This document shows, in pieces, positions 1 through 12,859 of a stretch of DNA of 64,000 nucleotides. Made by a program: the position numbers and the translations under genes. The notes beneath the pieces are model-generated. The model was not told where the DNA came from. It saw only the letters and a list, made by a program, of their open reading frames with translations, and made no database searches. This DNA comes from Vicugna vicugna (lineage: Eukaryota): positions 3,615,780 to 3,679,779 of the forward strand of contig MU058009.1 of assembly GCA_013265495.1 (NCBI GenBank). The letters are read 5' to 3'. Positions within the stretch are counted from its first letter, which is position 1. Each line of letters opens with the position of its first letter.

Positions 1-840
1 CTAGATCAAACAGAAGAAAAGATCAGTGAACTCAAAGACAAGGCAATGTAACTCACCCAACTGGAGCAGCAAAAAGAAAAAAAAATTATGGGGGAAAAAG
101 TGACAGTAGCTTACAGGATTTATGGGGCAACATAAAACAGGCTGACATTTGCATTATAGGGCTCCCAGAGGGCGAGAGAAAGAAAGGGATGGAAGTCTTG
201 TTTGAAGAAATAATGGCTCCCTAACGAGGGGGAGAAAACAGACATCCAGATCCAGGAAGCCCAGAGCGCTCCAAGTAAGAAGAACCCAGAGAGACCCACG
301 CCAGGATACATAATTGAAATGTCAGAAGTTAAAAAGAGAATCTTGAAAGCAACAAAAGAACAACTTGTTACTTATAAAAGAGCCCCCATAGGACCAGGCA
401 CAGATTTTGCAGCAGAAAAACTCTGCAGGCCAAAAGTGGTGCGACATCTTCAACGTGCTGAAAACAAAACTCTTCCAAGCAAGAGTACTCTGCCCTGCAC
501 AGCTGTCCTTCAGAGCCGAAGGGGAGCTAGAGAGTTTCCCGGACCAGCAAACGCTAAAGAGGTCATCGCCGCTAAAGCGGCCTTGCAAGAAATGTTGCAG
601 GGACTTCTTTACATTGAAAAGAAAGAGCCCTAATTAGTAACAAGAACACGTGAGAAGGAACAAATCACACTAGAAAGGGCGATACACAGCAAAGGCAGCA
701 GAGCCATTACTTACCTATAACGTGCGTGTGGAGGTTGAGAGACAAAGGTAGTAAAAATAACTAGGACTCCAATAATTAGTGAAGGGATGCGCACGATAAA
801 AGATGTACAATGTGACACCAAAAACATAAAGTGTGGGAGA
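1..840 (+). mobile_element. LINE-1 fragment: degraded ORF1 C-terminal half plus inter-ORF spacer (runs off the left edge)
   Basis: Frameshifted translation gives L1 ORF1p motifs: LDQTEEKISELKDK, LWGNIKQADICIIGLPEG, DIQIQEAQ, KRILKA..LVTYK, WCDIFNVLK...LSFRAEGELESFPDQQ, ALQEMLQGLL, stop at 631-633. Confidence 0.92.
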
Positions 841-859
841 CAGAGAGGGACAGCCCGTC

Positions 860-1224
860 TGTAGTAACGTGTTCAGGCTGCTTTAACAGAGTACCACGCG
901 CTGGTGGGGTAAACAGGGCTGGGGGCTGGGGACTGGGGGCCCCGGAGCAGCGGGGTGGCAGCTCCAGCCCCTCCTGAGACCCCTCTCCGTGGCTTGCATT
1001 CAGCCACCTTCTCGCAGCGTCCTCACACGGTCTTCCGTCTGTTCACCTGCCTCTGGTGTCTCTCCTCTTCTTAAAGGGACACCAGTCAGATTGCATTAGG
1101 GCCCACTCATATGACTTTCTTTTACGTTAATTATCCCTGAAAAGTCCTTATCTCCAAATAGTCTGAGATGCTGGGAGTTAGGACTTCAACATACGATTTT
1201 GGGGAGACACAACTCAGCCTGTAG
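860..1224 (-). mobile_element. MaLR solo LTR (MLT1B/C-like)
   Basis: Contains ctcttcttaaagggacaccagtcagattgcattagggcccac...ccttatctccaaatagtc...ttaggacttcaacatacgattttggggagacacaactcagcc, matching the reverse complement of the recalled MLT1B consensus. Confidence 0.8.
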
Positions 1225-1477
1225 AGCTTTTCATCATGCCCTGCTATCCGTGGGCACGGTAATGGTAGTAGAAATAATAATAACAAGAAACTCCTAAAAC
1301 ACAGTATTTGCTCTATGCCACGCGCTATTCCAAACCCTTAAAAATATTATCTCATCCTCAAGCTTAAACTTAAGCTACTGGCCGTGGACCTTCCGCTAGT
1401 ACGTAGATCCAGGACTCGAGCCCAGGCAGTCCGGCTCTGCATCTCTGCTCTCAGCCTCTCTGCTCACTCTTACTGCT

Positions 1478-1740
1478 GATAATAATCACATTTACTGAGA
1501 TTCCATACGTGCCGGGCACGATCTCAAGAGCTTCGTGGCTATTATCTCATTTAATTCCCACCACAATCCCTCAGAAGGCAAGTGTTCAAAGTCTCCCTCT
1601 TACAGGCAGAAATAGATGTTGACGAGATAAATGGGCCGGCTCCAGGTCGCAAAGCTAGTGACCATCAGAGTCAGGGCATGAATGCCAGTCTGTCTGACTA
1701 CACAAAGCCACGTTCTCAACCATCACACGGCGCTACCTCC
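1478..1740 (-). mobile_element. MIR SINE, near full length
   Basis: aataatcacatttactgag...gtgccgggcac...ctcatttaattcccaccacaatccct...ttacaggcagaaat...aggtcgcaaagctagt...gtctgtctgact matches the MIR core and tRNA-derived head in reverse. Confidence 0.8.
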
Positions 1741-2679
1741 TGACCCTCAGAAGACAGGAAATCCCTGTCTCTAGAGGGAACCAGTGGCTGTGTTTTCCCT
1801 AACTTGGCTCAGTAGGAGACACTTTAAGCAAATATCATAACTTTCTATGCCTTGGTTTCCCCACAGGGGAAATAGAATTAAATTGACCCAAAAAATGGGG
1901 CGAGGAGTAAAAAGCTCTTCTTTGAAATGCTGGGGAAAGGATGGTTTATCAAGTATCATACAATTTCCAGTTTCACTTTGGGAAGAAGCGTCTTGCTTTG
2001 GCTTTTAAAGTGAAAGGGCACCACCGCTGGAACCGGGTGCTGGAATCCGTGAGATGAGAGGTGGCTGTCAAACACCTGGGTCTTTAAAAGGACCGTTCGT
2101 TTCTGATCAGGCCCACAGGAAAACTGAAAGCCAGAAGCCCTGAGGTCCTTCTGGTACTCACTTGGTGAAAATTGTCCTCGGTAAATCTCAGAAGCCTCGA
2201 AGTTAGTGAGATCTGCCAGAGTAAAGGGGCCCAGCTCCCTTCTGCAGATCATACGGAACCTCATCTACCTCATCCCACACTAGTCTGAGTGGGAATCCTG
2301 GGGTGGAGCCTCTTTCCCCCGCCCCCGGAGGGAGTGCGTTTCCATATAAATCGGGAAGGCAGCGCCTGAGAAGTCCCGGCAAGGAGCCGTCCTGCTCCTT
2401 CCTCCTACGCTTTAAATCACTTGAAATCCACTAGCTTATCTGACGCATTTCACATGTATAATTTATTTCTCCTAAATTTTGAATAGTTGTTGAATATCGA
2501 ATACATCAGCTGGTTGAGATCAGGGACTGCATTTCTTGTTGTTCTTGTTTCTACTGTACAACAGTGAGTGCAGTCGTCTGCAAGCAGCAGTCAGTAACAA
2601 GATCTGTGCTTGCTAAGTGCCTACTAGGCGCCAGGCGTTGTCCTGGGAGCGCCACATCTTTGCGATGCACAATGTGGGG

Positions 2680-2822
2680 CCAGGCCCGCAGCATTTTCTT
2701 TGCTTGGGAGACTTGTAGAAATGCTGTCGCTCAGGCCCCATCCGGCCTCCAGAATCGGCACCTGCATTTCCACTAGACACTCAGGCCATCCTTCTGCACA
2801 TCCCAACTTGAGAGATACTGCT
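2680..2822. mobile_element. MER5-type hAT-Charlie MITE
   Basis: acttgtagaaatgctg...ctcaggccccatcc...cagaatc...ctgcatttccactagac...ttgagagatactg follows the MER5A pattern. Confidence 0.65.
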
Positions 2823-2829
2823 TTCCCTC

Positions 2830-3010
2830 ATTGCATTTATTCCTTACAGTAACCCTGGGAGGTAGGGATAATTGCCCCCATTTTACAGATGAGAAAGCTG
2901 AGGCTGAGGAGCATTAAGCTGGTCAAGGTCTTATTTACTAAAGTGGTGTCAGACCAGGGGTTTCGGTTCAGCTCTCTCTGTCTGCAGAGGTCTTGCTTTT
3001 TCTGTTCTGT
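2830..3010 (-). mobile_element. MIR SINE fragment
   Basis: catttattccttacagtaaccctgggaggtagg...ccccattttacagatgagaaagctgaggct is the MIR core. Confidence 0.8.
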
Positions 3011-6000
3011 GAGGACGATTTAGAAGAGAATCCATTTGTAGTAAAGGTCAGCTCTGATGATGTCTGGGTTTTAAGTTTGCTGGGAGAAAGCTGACGTGGT
3101 TAGAATGGTCGAAGGTGCTGACCAGTGGAACGTCTGCAGGGGCAGCCCGTCCGTCCGTTCAGGGTTGAGACCGTGTGGTTGGAACCTGGCGGCTTGAGCG
3201 GTGTGTCCAGGGCAGAGCCCAGGGGCTCGGTGCCGGCCTGGGAGGGACACTTGTAGCTGAGAAGTCGTGAGAGCGGCCGCTGCTGGGAGACCAGGAGGGC
3301 TGTGATACCAGCTCGGCCTCCTGTGAAATGGCAGGCTGCCTGGAGGTCACCTCCAGGCCACCACGCGTCTGGTTCCTCCTACATCGCTGGCCAGGATAGG
3401 GCACCTCCCCACTGCCTGCTGGGGAGGAGTTGTAGAGAGCAGCTGAGCTCCTCCGGAAACACCAGCCGCCAGGCTCTGCGGTCCCAGCTCAGGTCTGGGG
3501 CATTTCCACGTTCCTGAGGCTCCTCCAGCAAGAGGCTGGACGTTGCATCCACCGGGCAGCTGGTGGGGGCGGCAGCCCTGCCCACTCACCCACAAAGTGG
3601 GGAATGGGCTTAAAGCTGCGACGTGGACACACCCTAATGGCTTTCTCCCTGCCTTTACATTATTAGGAGTTCCTCTGACCGGCATTATGATGATAAATGA
3701 AAAATGCTTTGCACCATTACAGAAAGCACCAATGCAGAATGGAGAGAATTCCTGCCTTTTTTTACAGAAGGAGGAAAGAGAGAAAAGAGCAGATGGGAAA
3801 GCAACTGGGTCCTGGTGTCCTGCTGAGTTATTTGCATACAGGCCCAGGAGGGTGGAGGCTGCTGGGGGCGGTACCACTCCCTTCCTCTGCGCGCTGGGCA
3901 GGTCCCGGCCTGCTGCCTGACTTCTCTGCGCTGCAAACGGTTGCCAGCCTGGATTTCCCATTTCTCGGGCATTTCCTGAGCCACTTAGACCCATTAGACA
4001 GGCAGGCAAGCTAAGTAATGCAACTTCCTCAACTCAAGACCGGCAAATGCCTGAGCACCTGATTAGCCTGTGAACCTGCATGTTGTGCTCAGAAGGAGCA
4101 TGCGGATGACGTCCAGTTTGCAGTAGCTTAGTTTTATTTTGTAACCTCTTATTCTTTGTCTTCCTTCTCAAATTTAAGTATACTTTGTTGTTAAGATCAT
4201 CAGACGAAGAAGGAAAAGGCTTGAGTTAAAGTTCTCATGCTCTCCTGTCTTTACACCTTGCGGGGACCATTCGAGGACCCCATCTTCTCAATGAAGATGG
4301 AGCCATTTGAGACTGACATCTTGAGTGTTGTTTGTTCTGTTTCGTTTTGATTTTTTTTTTCAGTTTTGGTTCAGTGGGGGGCAGTTGAGAAATAATTTAA
4401 GTGAGATGCCGTATGTACAAGGTTTTGCACCATGTAAAGCCGCGGGTTCCAAACAACTTTCCAGAGCTGCTTGCTGAGAATTACAGACCAAGACGTCTAA
4501 CCCGTATGGGGTCAAGCATCTCAATCAATAGCGACCTTTTGATGTTAAGGCCCCCAAAACTGAAGTAAATCATAAACAGATTTGAAACCCTACGACATGA
4601 TAGCGAAGACTTAGACAGCTGAGTGGGGGAGGAGTTCTGAGGCCACGGCCGAGTTCTGGCTTCCCTCCAAAGTCACAGGAGCAGCCTGTCCGCACGGAAA
4701 AGCCGAGTCCGAGGCGTCCCAAGGCTCGGAGCGCAGCGTGTCCGCGGTGTCCCTGGGAGGGACAGCAAATTCAGGCTGCTTTGGAGGGTCCACGGCTGGC
4801 TTCGGGGGGGTCTTTCAACGTGAGCCCTATGCAGGGGCTGATCAGGACCCGCAGGATCATGGCCTAGTGCTTAGGGTGGTGGACGCAGAGAGGCCGGGGG
4901 AAGCTGGCCTTCGCTGTTTCCTTACTGCTGACTGACTGAGTCTTTCAGGAACCTCCTGGAAGGGCTAGTAGTTATTGGCCAGGGTTATCTTTTTGAGCAA
5001 GACTCAGAAATGTTACAGTGCTGTGAAGACAGGGGAGGAGTGAAGACAGTGAGGTGTCAGCAGGCGGGAACTTGCGAGGCTGACGGCAGTGGGGACAGTC
5101 TCTGGACCTGCTGATCACTGGCCCTGCTGCCAGCCGAATGCGAGGTCACCCCTTGGATGCAGTCATTGAGGGCCTGGTGGGTCCTGTAGCCAGGAAGGGT
5201 CCTGTTTGGCCAAGAGGTCACCTTTTCCTTCAGATCCTTCTCAGCCTTCCTGAAGACGGTTAGTGGCCGTGATGTGGGGTCAGGGTGAAGTCCAGGAGCA
5301 GGGAGGGAGTGCATGTCATCTCACGTCCCTGTGTTTCGTTGTTGGTCCCATGAGTGAGGAGGGCGGGCATCCTATCCAGGGTGGTAGGGGAGCTGTGAAG
5401 GCCCCCAGGAAGCATGCATCTCCCCGCTGACTGGCGGGGCCCCGGGCTGCTCTGCACACCTGCGGAGCCCCGGCTTTGTACCGTGAAGTAGCCCAGTGCA
5501 CAGGGGGGAGAATTTCTCTGCTCCCAGCTTCTACGGGGTTGTATTGAGCAACTGTGAATAAAAAACAATTAAATTTGCTAAAGGTCTGCAAAATCAGATC
5601 TCATCTCTTTGGGGACTTGGAAAATACAAGCAAACAAAAGAGCTGAGTTATCGATCGCTGCATTTCAGCGGCTCTTAATCTGAAATGAAATCAGCCCACA
5701 CGGAGGCCCGGAGGCCAGAGACCCCGCTATCCATCCCCCCGAACGGGAGGCCCACCTGTCAGCACGAGGACTCCTTGCTCAGCGACTGAATTAGCAGGCA
5801 GGTGGCAGGTGGTGAAGAGCTGCGGCCCCTGGGCTCTCCTGGGCACAAAAGGCAGGAAGGACTGGACTATTTTCTCAAGTGTAATGCAGGGAGCAAATTG
5901 AGTTCACAGGTCAACATTCCTCCTCTTCACCTTCTCGGGAGCAGCACCTGGTCTGGCGCTGCACTCGGCCTGGTCCTTCCATTGTCCTTTTAGGAGGCGC

Positions 6001-6475
6001 TGTTCCTCTATTATCTTCCCCGAGGTGGTCTTTATCCCTTTGACCTTCAGAGCTGACGGGGGAGGGCGGCACCTGGACTGGTGTCCCGGGAGCTTGTCTG
6101 GGAGGAGGATGGCTTTGACCTTGACCTTGAGTAAGGGAGCCAGTGCCTGCCCCTGAGTCCAGGTTGTGTCCGGAATGGAAGGAGTGTCAGCAGGACTCCC
6201 TCTGGGCGAGTCCAGCCTGGAGTGGGAACACCAGCCCCGAGGGGGCCAGGTGCCTACTTTGGGTTTTGTTTTATTATATTTTCTTTTATATTTTTTGGTA
6301 ACTTTAAGAAAGATCATTTCATGCTCTCTGAAGCAAACCAAAGGAAGGTCTGAAACAGAAAGGTGGCTCTTTTGGCAATTATCCTGAAAAGATCCAGCAA
6401 GAAATCAGAAGGTCTTCAAAGTTCACCTTCTCAGACCCGGGAAATGACCAACGTGTATCTGTTAGTGAGACCCTC

Positions 6476-6744
6476 GCTCTTAGTGCATTCAGCCTGCAAT
6501 GCAGAAATCCACACTGAGTGAACCACGATGCCTTCCTGCTTCATAGACGCCTTCCTCTGGTGTGTCTGCACGGGGCGGGGGGCGGAGCGCCCTGCGGCCC
6601 CTTTCCTAAAGGGCACGAATCCCACCCACCAGGGCTCCACCCTCATGACCTAACCCCTCTCAGGGGCCCCACCTCCTAACACCACCGCACTGGGGACTAG
6701 GCATCCACGTATGAACTTTGGGAGGACACATTCCGTCTTCAGCA
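6476..6744 (-). mobile_element. MaLR solo LTR (MLT1A-like), internally deleted
   Basis: aagggcacgaatccc...agggctccaccctcatgacctaac...ccccacctcctaacaccaccgcactggggactagg...tatgaactttgggaggacaca matches the reverse complement of the MLT1A consensus. Confidence 0.8.
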
Positions 6745-6889
6745 TCTTTGAACCATGGAACCCATGAAACCACAAGTGAATTGAACTCACAGGGCAGGTG
6801 AATCCGAAAATCTTCAAATTGGTAGCTTAAAATCATTAATTCACCATGAGCAGGATTGGACCTCACCTCCACCTCCATCCTCTGCCCCT

Positions 6890-7966
6890 CAGTGTTCTGC
6901 CCACGCCCCCCATTCTTCTAAGTGGGTCTCTAAACCTTATTTCTCAGCCACGGCAGATCAGCCTCCATTGTGACCCCTGGCCAGTGCCAACCGTGACCTT
7001 CCCATTGACTAATTCCGTTCCTTCTTCAGCATGATTTCCTTGGAGGAGCTGGCTCAGGGCACCCCTTCCTGCCTCCTTCTGCTCCCTCTGCCTCAGGAAC
7101 TGTGCCTCTGTTTGCATTTCTGCATTTCTCTGGGTTTGCTGAGGCCTCCTCTTTGAGGGGCTCACACGTATCCGCATGCTCTGAGTGAGCTCCCTGCTTC
7201 CACGACCTCGCTCTCAGCGTCACTGAAGGACTGCTTAGGTTACGTCTTCAGCCCAGACCTCTCCCCTCTGGCCCATAGTTCCAGCTGACAATTAATTAAA
7301 CGTGTGTACCTGAATGTCCCACAGGCCTCTCAAACCCCTGAGAGTTTCTGCAGAGATTTAAATTCTCAAATCTCCTCCTCTCATTGCTGGGACGACTGGG
7401 GTCTCCAATCACCTGCTGCCCCGAGATGGAACTTGTGACGTACGCTCCACTCTTCTCTGCCCACCTCTCCATTCAGTCCAGATCCAAACTTCCTAGCTTA
7501 GCCTACGAGGGGCATCATAGGCTGGCCACAGCCTCCCTTTCCATGTCCGTCCCTGCGTCAGCTCTAGGCCAGTTTTCCGCCACGCCCCCTCTTTCGCTGC
7601 TCTCCAGCACTGCGTGTGCATTCGGGGTTTGCTGGCGCGTGTCTCACCGCCTGCTCTGCGTCGGGCCTCTTCCCTTTGGATGTCATCCGTGCCTTATTCT
7701 ACAAGCCCTGCTCCGCGCGGAGGGCGTGGCCCCTTCGTGAAGCCTCCTCTGCTCCACCAGACGGAACTGGACGCTTCCTGCTGGGTGTTCTCAGGGCACA
7801 TACCTCGCCTGTGTGTGTCACACAATGTGCGGACATGCCTGTCCCTGCCCCCAGACATGAGGAAAGAACAGAAAGAAATTAATTTTTTGTCTTTGTGTCA
7901 TTCCAACTTGGTAGCACCATTTCTGGCACACAGTAGCCCCTCAGCACATCCTGGTCCAGTAAGTGA
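6890..7966 (+). mobile_element. LINE-2 fragments (degraded ORF2 and 3' end)
   Basis: Pyrimidine-rich L2-like tract, tccaaacttcctagcttagcct, and the 3' terminal motif tagcaccatttctggcacacagtagcccctcagcacat...gtaagtga. Confidence 0.6.
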
Positions 7967-8136
7967 GGGACTATTTGCATTAGGAATCAATTCTGCTTCA
8001 GACATAGGTTAAGTCTTTGTCATAGATGTGGTCCTGCCAGGGAGCGCTCACCTGAGACCTGGAAGATGGGGAGCAGGCCTGCTGAACACGAACGTGTGGG
8101 TTCCCTAAGCCAGGCAGTAGAAAGGTGGAAAGGTGG

Positions 8137-8308
8137 CTGAGAGAGAGAGAGAGAGAGACGGAAGGAGAGACAGAGACACAGACACAGAGACAGAGAGTGG
8201 GAGGGAGAGAGAGGGAGGGAGAGATAGAGAGAGAGAGAAAGACAGAGGGGGGAGGGAGAAAGAGGAGAGGGAGAGAGAGAGAGAGAAGGAGAGAGGGAGG
8301 GGGGAGAG
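8137..8308 (+). repeat. Compound (GA)n / purine-rich simple repeat
   Basis: Nearly pure A/G tract built from GA, GAGACA and GGGA units. Confidence 0.95.
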
Positions 8309-11300
8309 GCAGCCTCTGCAGAACAGCGCATAAAGGGCACAGAGGAGACGGAGAGAAGCCCGCCCGATTCTCCCTCACTTCCATGATGTGGGCAAGGACC
8401 CCACCGGCCTCATATTCCTAGTTGTAAATCAGAAAAGGTTCCTCCCCTGCGGGGTTGTTGTAGGAATTCGGTGAGGATTCTAAGTGCATTCACCAGTCAT
8501 TCACAAACCCAGATTTTGGGTGTCATTACTTTTTGGAGTAATTACCTGTGAAGCGGATGATAATGATGATGATGAAAAAAACATGAATGACAGCGACAAA
8601 GGGACACAAGGAGAAATCATGGTGTAACTTACCTGGGTGCGGGAACAGGACGAGCCCGGCGAGCGCTGAAGCCACTTGAGCTGACGGGTCTACTTCCATA
8701 TGCGCCGTCTGAATGCTTACCAGCCCGAGGCTCTCGGGTAGAGCAAGGCTTGGGAACGCATGTTGTCTGGTCTCTCTGACACCAGGGTTTTCACGCAGAC
8801 AGTGCTGGGCTGGAGCACTTATTCAGTGGGACTCAGAATGCAGTTGTGAACTCACGCCATGAACCCTTCCTGGTCTCCAGACGTAGCTGGCTTGTCCTTC
8901 CGACATGTCCCAGGGCCCCGATCTTACCCTGACCGTGGCACTGACGTGGCAGCTGTGGGTGTACTTCTCAGTCGGTCTCAAATGTTATTTGAGCGTCTTA
9001 AGGACAGTGAAGGCGTCTTGTTCACTGTGCTCCTGGTACCCGGGAGGCTGGGAAACGCTCAAGTTGTGCTCGGAAGGTACGTGCTGGCGTCTCTCCATCC
9101 GCTGACACGCAGTGGTGAGCCCTTCACTGAGCTGGCACCGGCTGGTAGCAGTGCCCCACGTTTACTCACAGAGGCCGCAGGGCGCAGGGCTCCGTGGCAG
9201 GAAGTAGTCACTGAAATTCCAGCCACTGCAACAGAGCAAAGATAGGAGGGTCCCCGACCACGTTTGAAGGTGTAGGAAAGGGTTTTTGAGGAAATTACAC
9301 TAAACTCTAAAATACGAGAAATTCATCCACACTGAGAGTGCAAGGGCGGGGCTGGCGGAAGCCGGGTGAGAGGACAAGTCCAGGCTGAGAGCCCCAGGAC
9401 CCGAGATGGCCGGGCAGGCGCATGGAGCCCCTGAGCCCCGACAGGTAAGGGGCCGCTTCCCCAGGTCACCAAGTCGGCTGATAGCAGGAGAAGGATTGGA
9501 ATCCAGGCAGTTTATCCCAGGCCCCAGTGCACAACACAGAGATGTGGCTGGGAAACAGGAGAAGCCTGGAGGGATCTGAGAGTGACAGTGGGCAGAGATG
9601 CAGACTTATTACAGACAAGGGCCACAGTGAGTTCATTCTGGAAGTCACGTCACGTTCACCTGGACTAGATGGTTATTCTTAAGACGCCTGTCCGGCATCT
9701 TACCAGGCGCTCAGATGGCAGGAGCGGAGCTGATGGTCCCAGGCCCCCTACAGCGCACTCTCCCTGCAGATGACAGCGGTGAGAGGCCTCTCCGGCCACA
9801 CACCCAGGCTAATCCACTTCCCTGAATGCTGTCTCCCAGCAGGATCCTGCAGGCTGCCTCCCTAAAAGCCTCTGCAGCCTGTAGCCAGATCCCATGCAGG
9901 CCCCTCTCCTCCCGCGCCGTCCCGGGTGCTGCAGTCTGCCGCCCACGGTTGCAGGGAGGGGGCTGCGGTGGTGCACACGGTCTGGATCTGCGGCAGCTCC
10001 GTGCAGAGAGTACCGGAGACCTGCAGGGATCCCCGCGGTCTGGGTTGGTTTGCCTCCTGCTGTTTCTCAGAGGGACCTGCCTGTTTTTACAGCCACTGCC
10101 CAGCCTTGCTCAGGACTGCAGGTTTCCTGCTGGGAGCCACTCTGGAGGAGAGTGGGTTTCTCACCTGGGCTCCGTGGACACTGGGAGGGGAGACAAGCAA
10201 AAGACGGCACAGGGTGGGGAGATGCAGCCCAGGCTGGATGTGCACTTCCTGCCTGAGACACCCCTCCTCCTCTCCTCCCCTCCTCCGCTCACCTGGGGCC
10301 GGGGGAGGAAGCTGACAGGCAGAAAGGTGGGAAGATTCCACTGAGCAAAGGCAAGTCCAGTTCCGGATCTGCGTGCCTGCCTGCCCCACAGACACGGAGC
10401 TCCAGGGCCATCACAGACTCCTGCCCCAGACCAGCCCCGACCCTCACACACAGCCGGCCCTTCAACCACGTGGTAATTCCCTAAGCACGTGTGATCCCGT
10501 TTGATTCGCACAACCAGCCTGTGGTCTGGGTGGAGTGGTGCTGGTTTTTATGTCCATTTCACAGATGAAGAGGTGACAGAGCCTGGAGCCCAGTGTGTGT
10601 CTCCGGATGAGGGTCTGCTCGCCCCCCACCCCACGTGTCTCCACGCAGTAAGCAGAGCCCTGGGCAGGATGGAGCCCAGCAAGGAGGCGCCAGCAATCTG
10701 CAACACACTCACCTGCCCGCGCCCGCCCTCTCTGCTGTGCCTGGTCCCCGCCTGTCCCCACGCAGAGCGTTCAGGTCGCCTGCAGGGCTGGGGCAAACAC
10801 AGGTCGCCGGGCCTCACTCCAGACGTCTGACTCGGTCATTCTGGGTGTGGCCTGTGAATCTGCATTCCCAGCAAGTTCCCGGGCGACCCTGCCGCTGCAA
10901 CTTTGGGGACCACATTTTTGAAAACCACTGCTGGAGAGCACAGGCTTCCACCTCTTACCAGGAGGGAAGTCTGGTCTTCAAGCCCGAGAGAGGGTCCAGG
11001 GAGCACCGCTTTTCCTCACAGAGACGCTCCGCAGTCTGCCCGCTCGGCCCCTCCACCCCACGGCGTCCAGACGCTGCGGGTCCTCCCGGAGCGACGCGGC
11101 CTGAGCCGGCCTGCACCCCCGCCCCGGCGTTCTGGCTTTAACTCGCCCTGCTTGGCTCAGTCACTTGCTCTTCCTTCTGCTCTCCGCCCCATAAACTTCT
11201 GTCAGTGTATTTCATCTGGTGTTTCGTCTCCTGTTTAGTTTGTCAACACAGATTTTTTTCTCTGTTGTTATTTCACATGGGAATTGGAAGGAAGCAGAAC

Positions 11301-12753
11301 TTAACATAGCTCCTCAGGCCACTGTAATTAGTCACGTCAAGAGTCTCTTCGCCTGCAGGACACCGCCTCCCTCCCCATGTTAAGCACAACTCTCTTTGGC
11401 TGCACGCTGGCACCAAGCTGATGTGGGCGCCAAGCGAGGCCCAGAGCCCACGGCCATGCTGGCGTCTTCCATCGCACGAAGCGCTCTCGGGCCCGTTCCT
11501 GCTGGGGGTGCGAGTGCTACCCGGGACCAAAATTCCGACCGCAGAAAGAAGAAAAGGTGGTTGGACATTTTCTTGACTGTTTGGAATTTTTTCTAGCACA
11601 ACAAGCTGTTCATCCTCTGCTCTGATTCTTACTGAATTAAGGAGGGAGAAAAAAAATCAGTTCACTCTCCATAGGCCACATAGTTACAAAAAAAAAAAAA
11701 ACACCCCTCACAAAACACTATGGAATATGCAGGAAGGAGGAAAGAAAGATAAATCCCTCAGCTGACAAGATAAGGGCCTTGTTCCCCGTCTGTTACTGCT
11801 GCACTCTTATCTGGGGGGGGACACGGCAGCCGCGCCGTATCTGTGTCAGGCATTCTGTTCCGGAGTCCTGTGACTGGGGTTTCATGCTAGCAGCTAGCCA
11901 CGCACAGTCTGGCGCGCAGCTAAAGCTGTCCTAAGGCGCCGGCTGTCTTTTTGCATTTGGAAGTCCACTGCATTCACAGGTGGGGGTCCGGCTGGCTGCG
12001 CGGAGGTGATGGTGTCTGCCGCACGGCTTTTCCAGCTCTGCGGCTCCCTTGGCTGTGCCTGGCATGGCCGGGGTGACTCCGCGGACTCGGAGGAGGTGCT
12101 CGTGTCCTTGCAGGAGACGGGAAAGCACTGGAGGTCTGGATGAAAGGTAGACAGAGGTCCAGCTATGATGACTGCATCCTTGATTGGATGATTGATTAGA
12201 TGTGCCGCTTCTTAGAACTCTGGGGGGAAATGACAGAACAGCGTTCAGTTGGAATGACACCCCAGGCACTTGAGCAGCCCCAATTATCCTGTGATGATTT
12301 CCTCATTCAAAAACAGGGTTTATTTTGAGGACTGAGCCTTAACTGAGCCTCCAGGTGCAGACGGAGATGGTGCCATGTGGTGTTGGAATGCATGCTCTGG
12401 CATCTCTGAGGAGGGCTGAAAGTCGCGGTAGAGATATGACTTGTTTGCACCCGCGGTTGAGGCTCAGCTTTGCATTTGATTCCGGAGATGGTGTAATTCA
12501 TCTATGTCATCATCGCTGTCATTGTCATCACCCACGGCAGCGCGGCTCCACCACGGAGGGGACATCACAGCTTGCAGCCCCTGGTGAAAACCTGACCCCT
12601 GTTCATCTCTGTCCTCGTGTCTGAGAGCATCTGGCACATGGCATGTGTGGTGTGCTGGGCAGGGTGGCCAAGGCTGTGGTGTTTGCGAGCTCAATTTGTG
12701 TCTGGGGTCCAGGGGAGACACATGAGCAACTCAGCTCAACTTTGTAAGTGGTT

Positions 12754-12784
<31 letters not shown>

Positions 12785-12859
12785 GAAAAAGGTTGGGAGG
12801 AAGGGAAGCAAGCTGAAAATGTGTAGCAGATAAACTCAGGAAATGCAGACTGATCATAT

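Noticed and set aside
319..637. ORFs 319-633 and 407-637 as genes
   Set aside because: Frameshifted pieces of a dead L1 ORF1.
3347..4009. 220-aa ORF, and similar 150-215-aa ORFs at 26257, 37545, 40142, 45758 and 60013
   Set aside because: No recognisable domain, composition typical of GC-rich non-coding DNA, overlapping ORFs in several frames; the 45758 ORF partly overlaps an L2.
7998..8421. ER-rich and LS-rich ORFs
   Set aside because: Translation of the (GA)n simple repeat.
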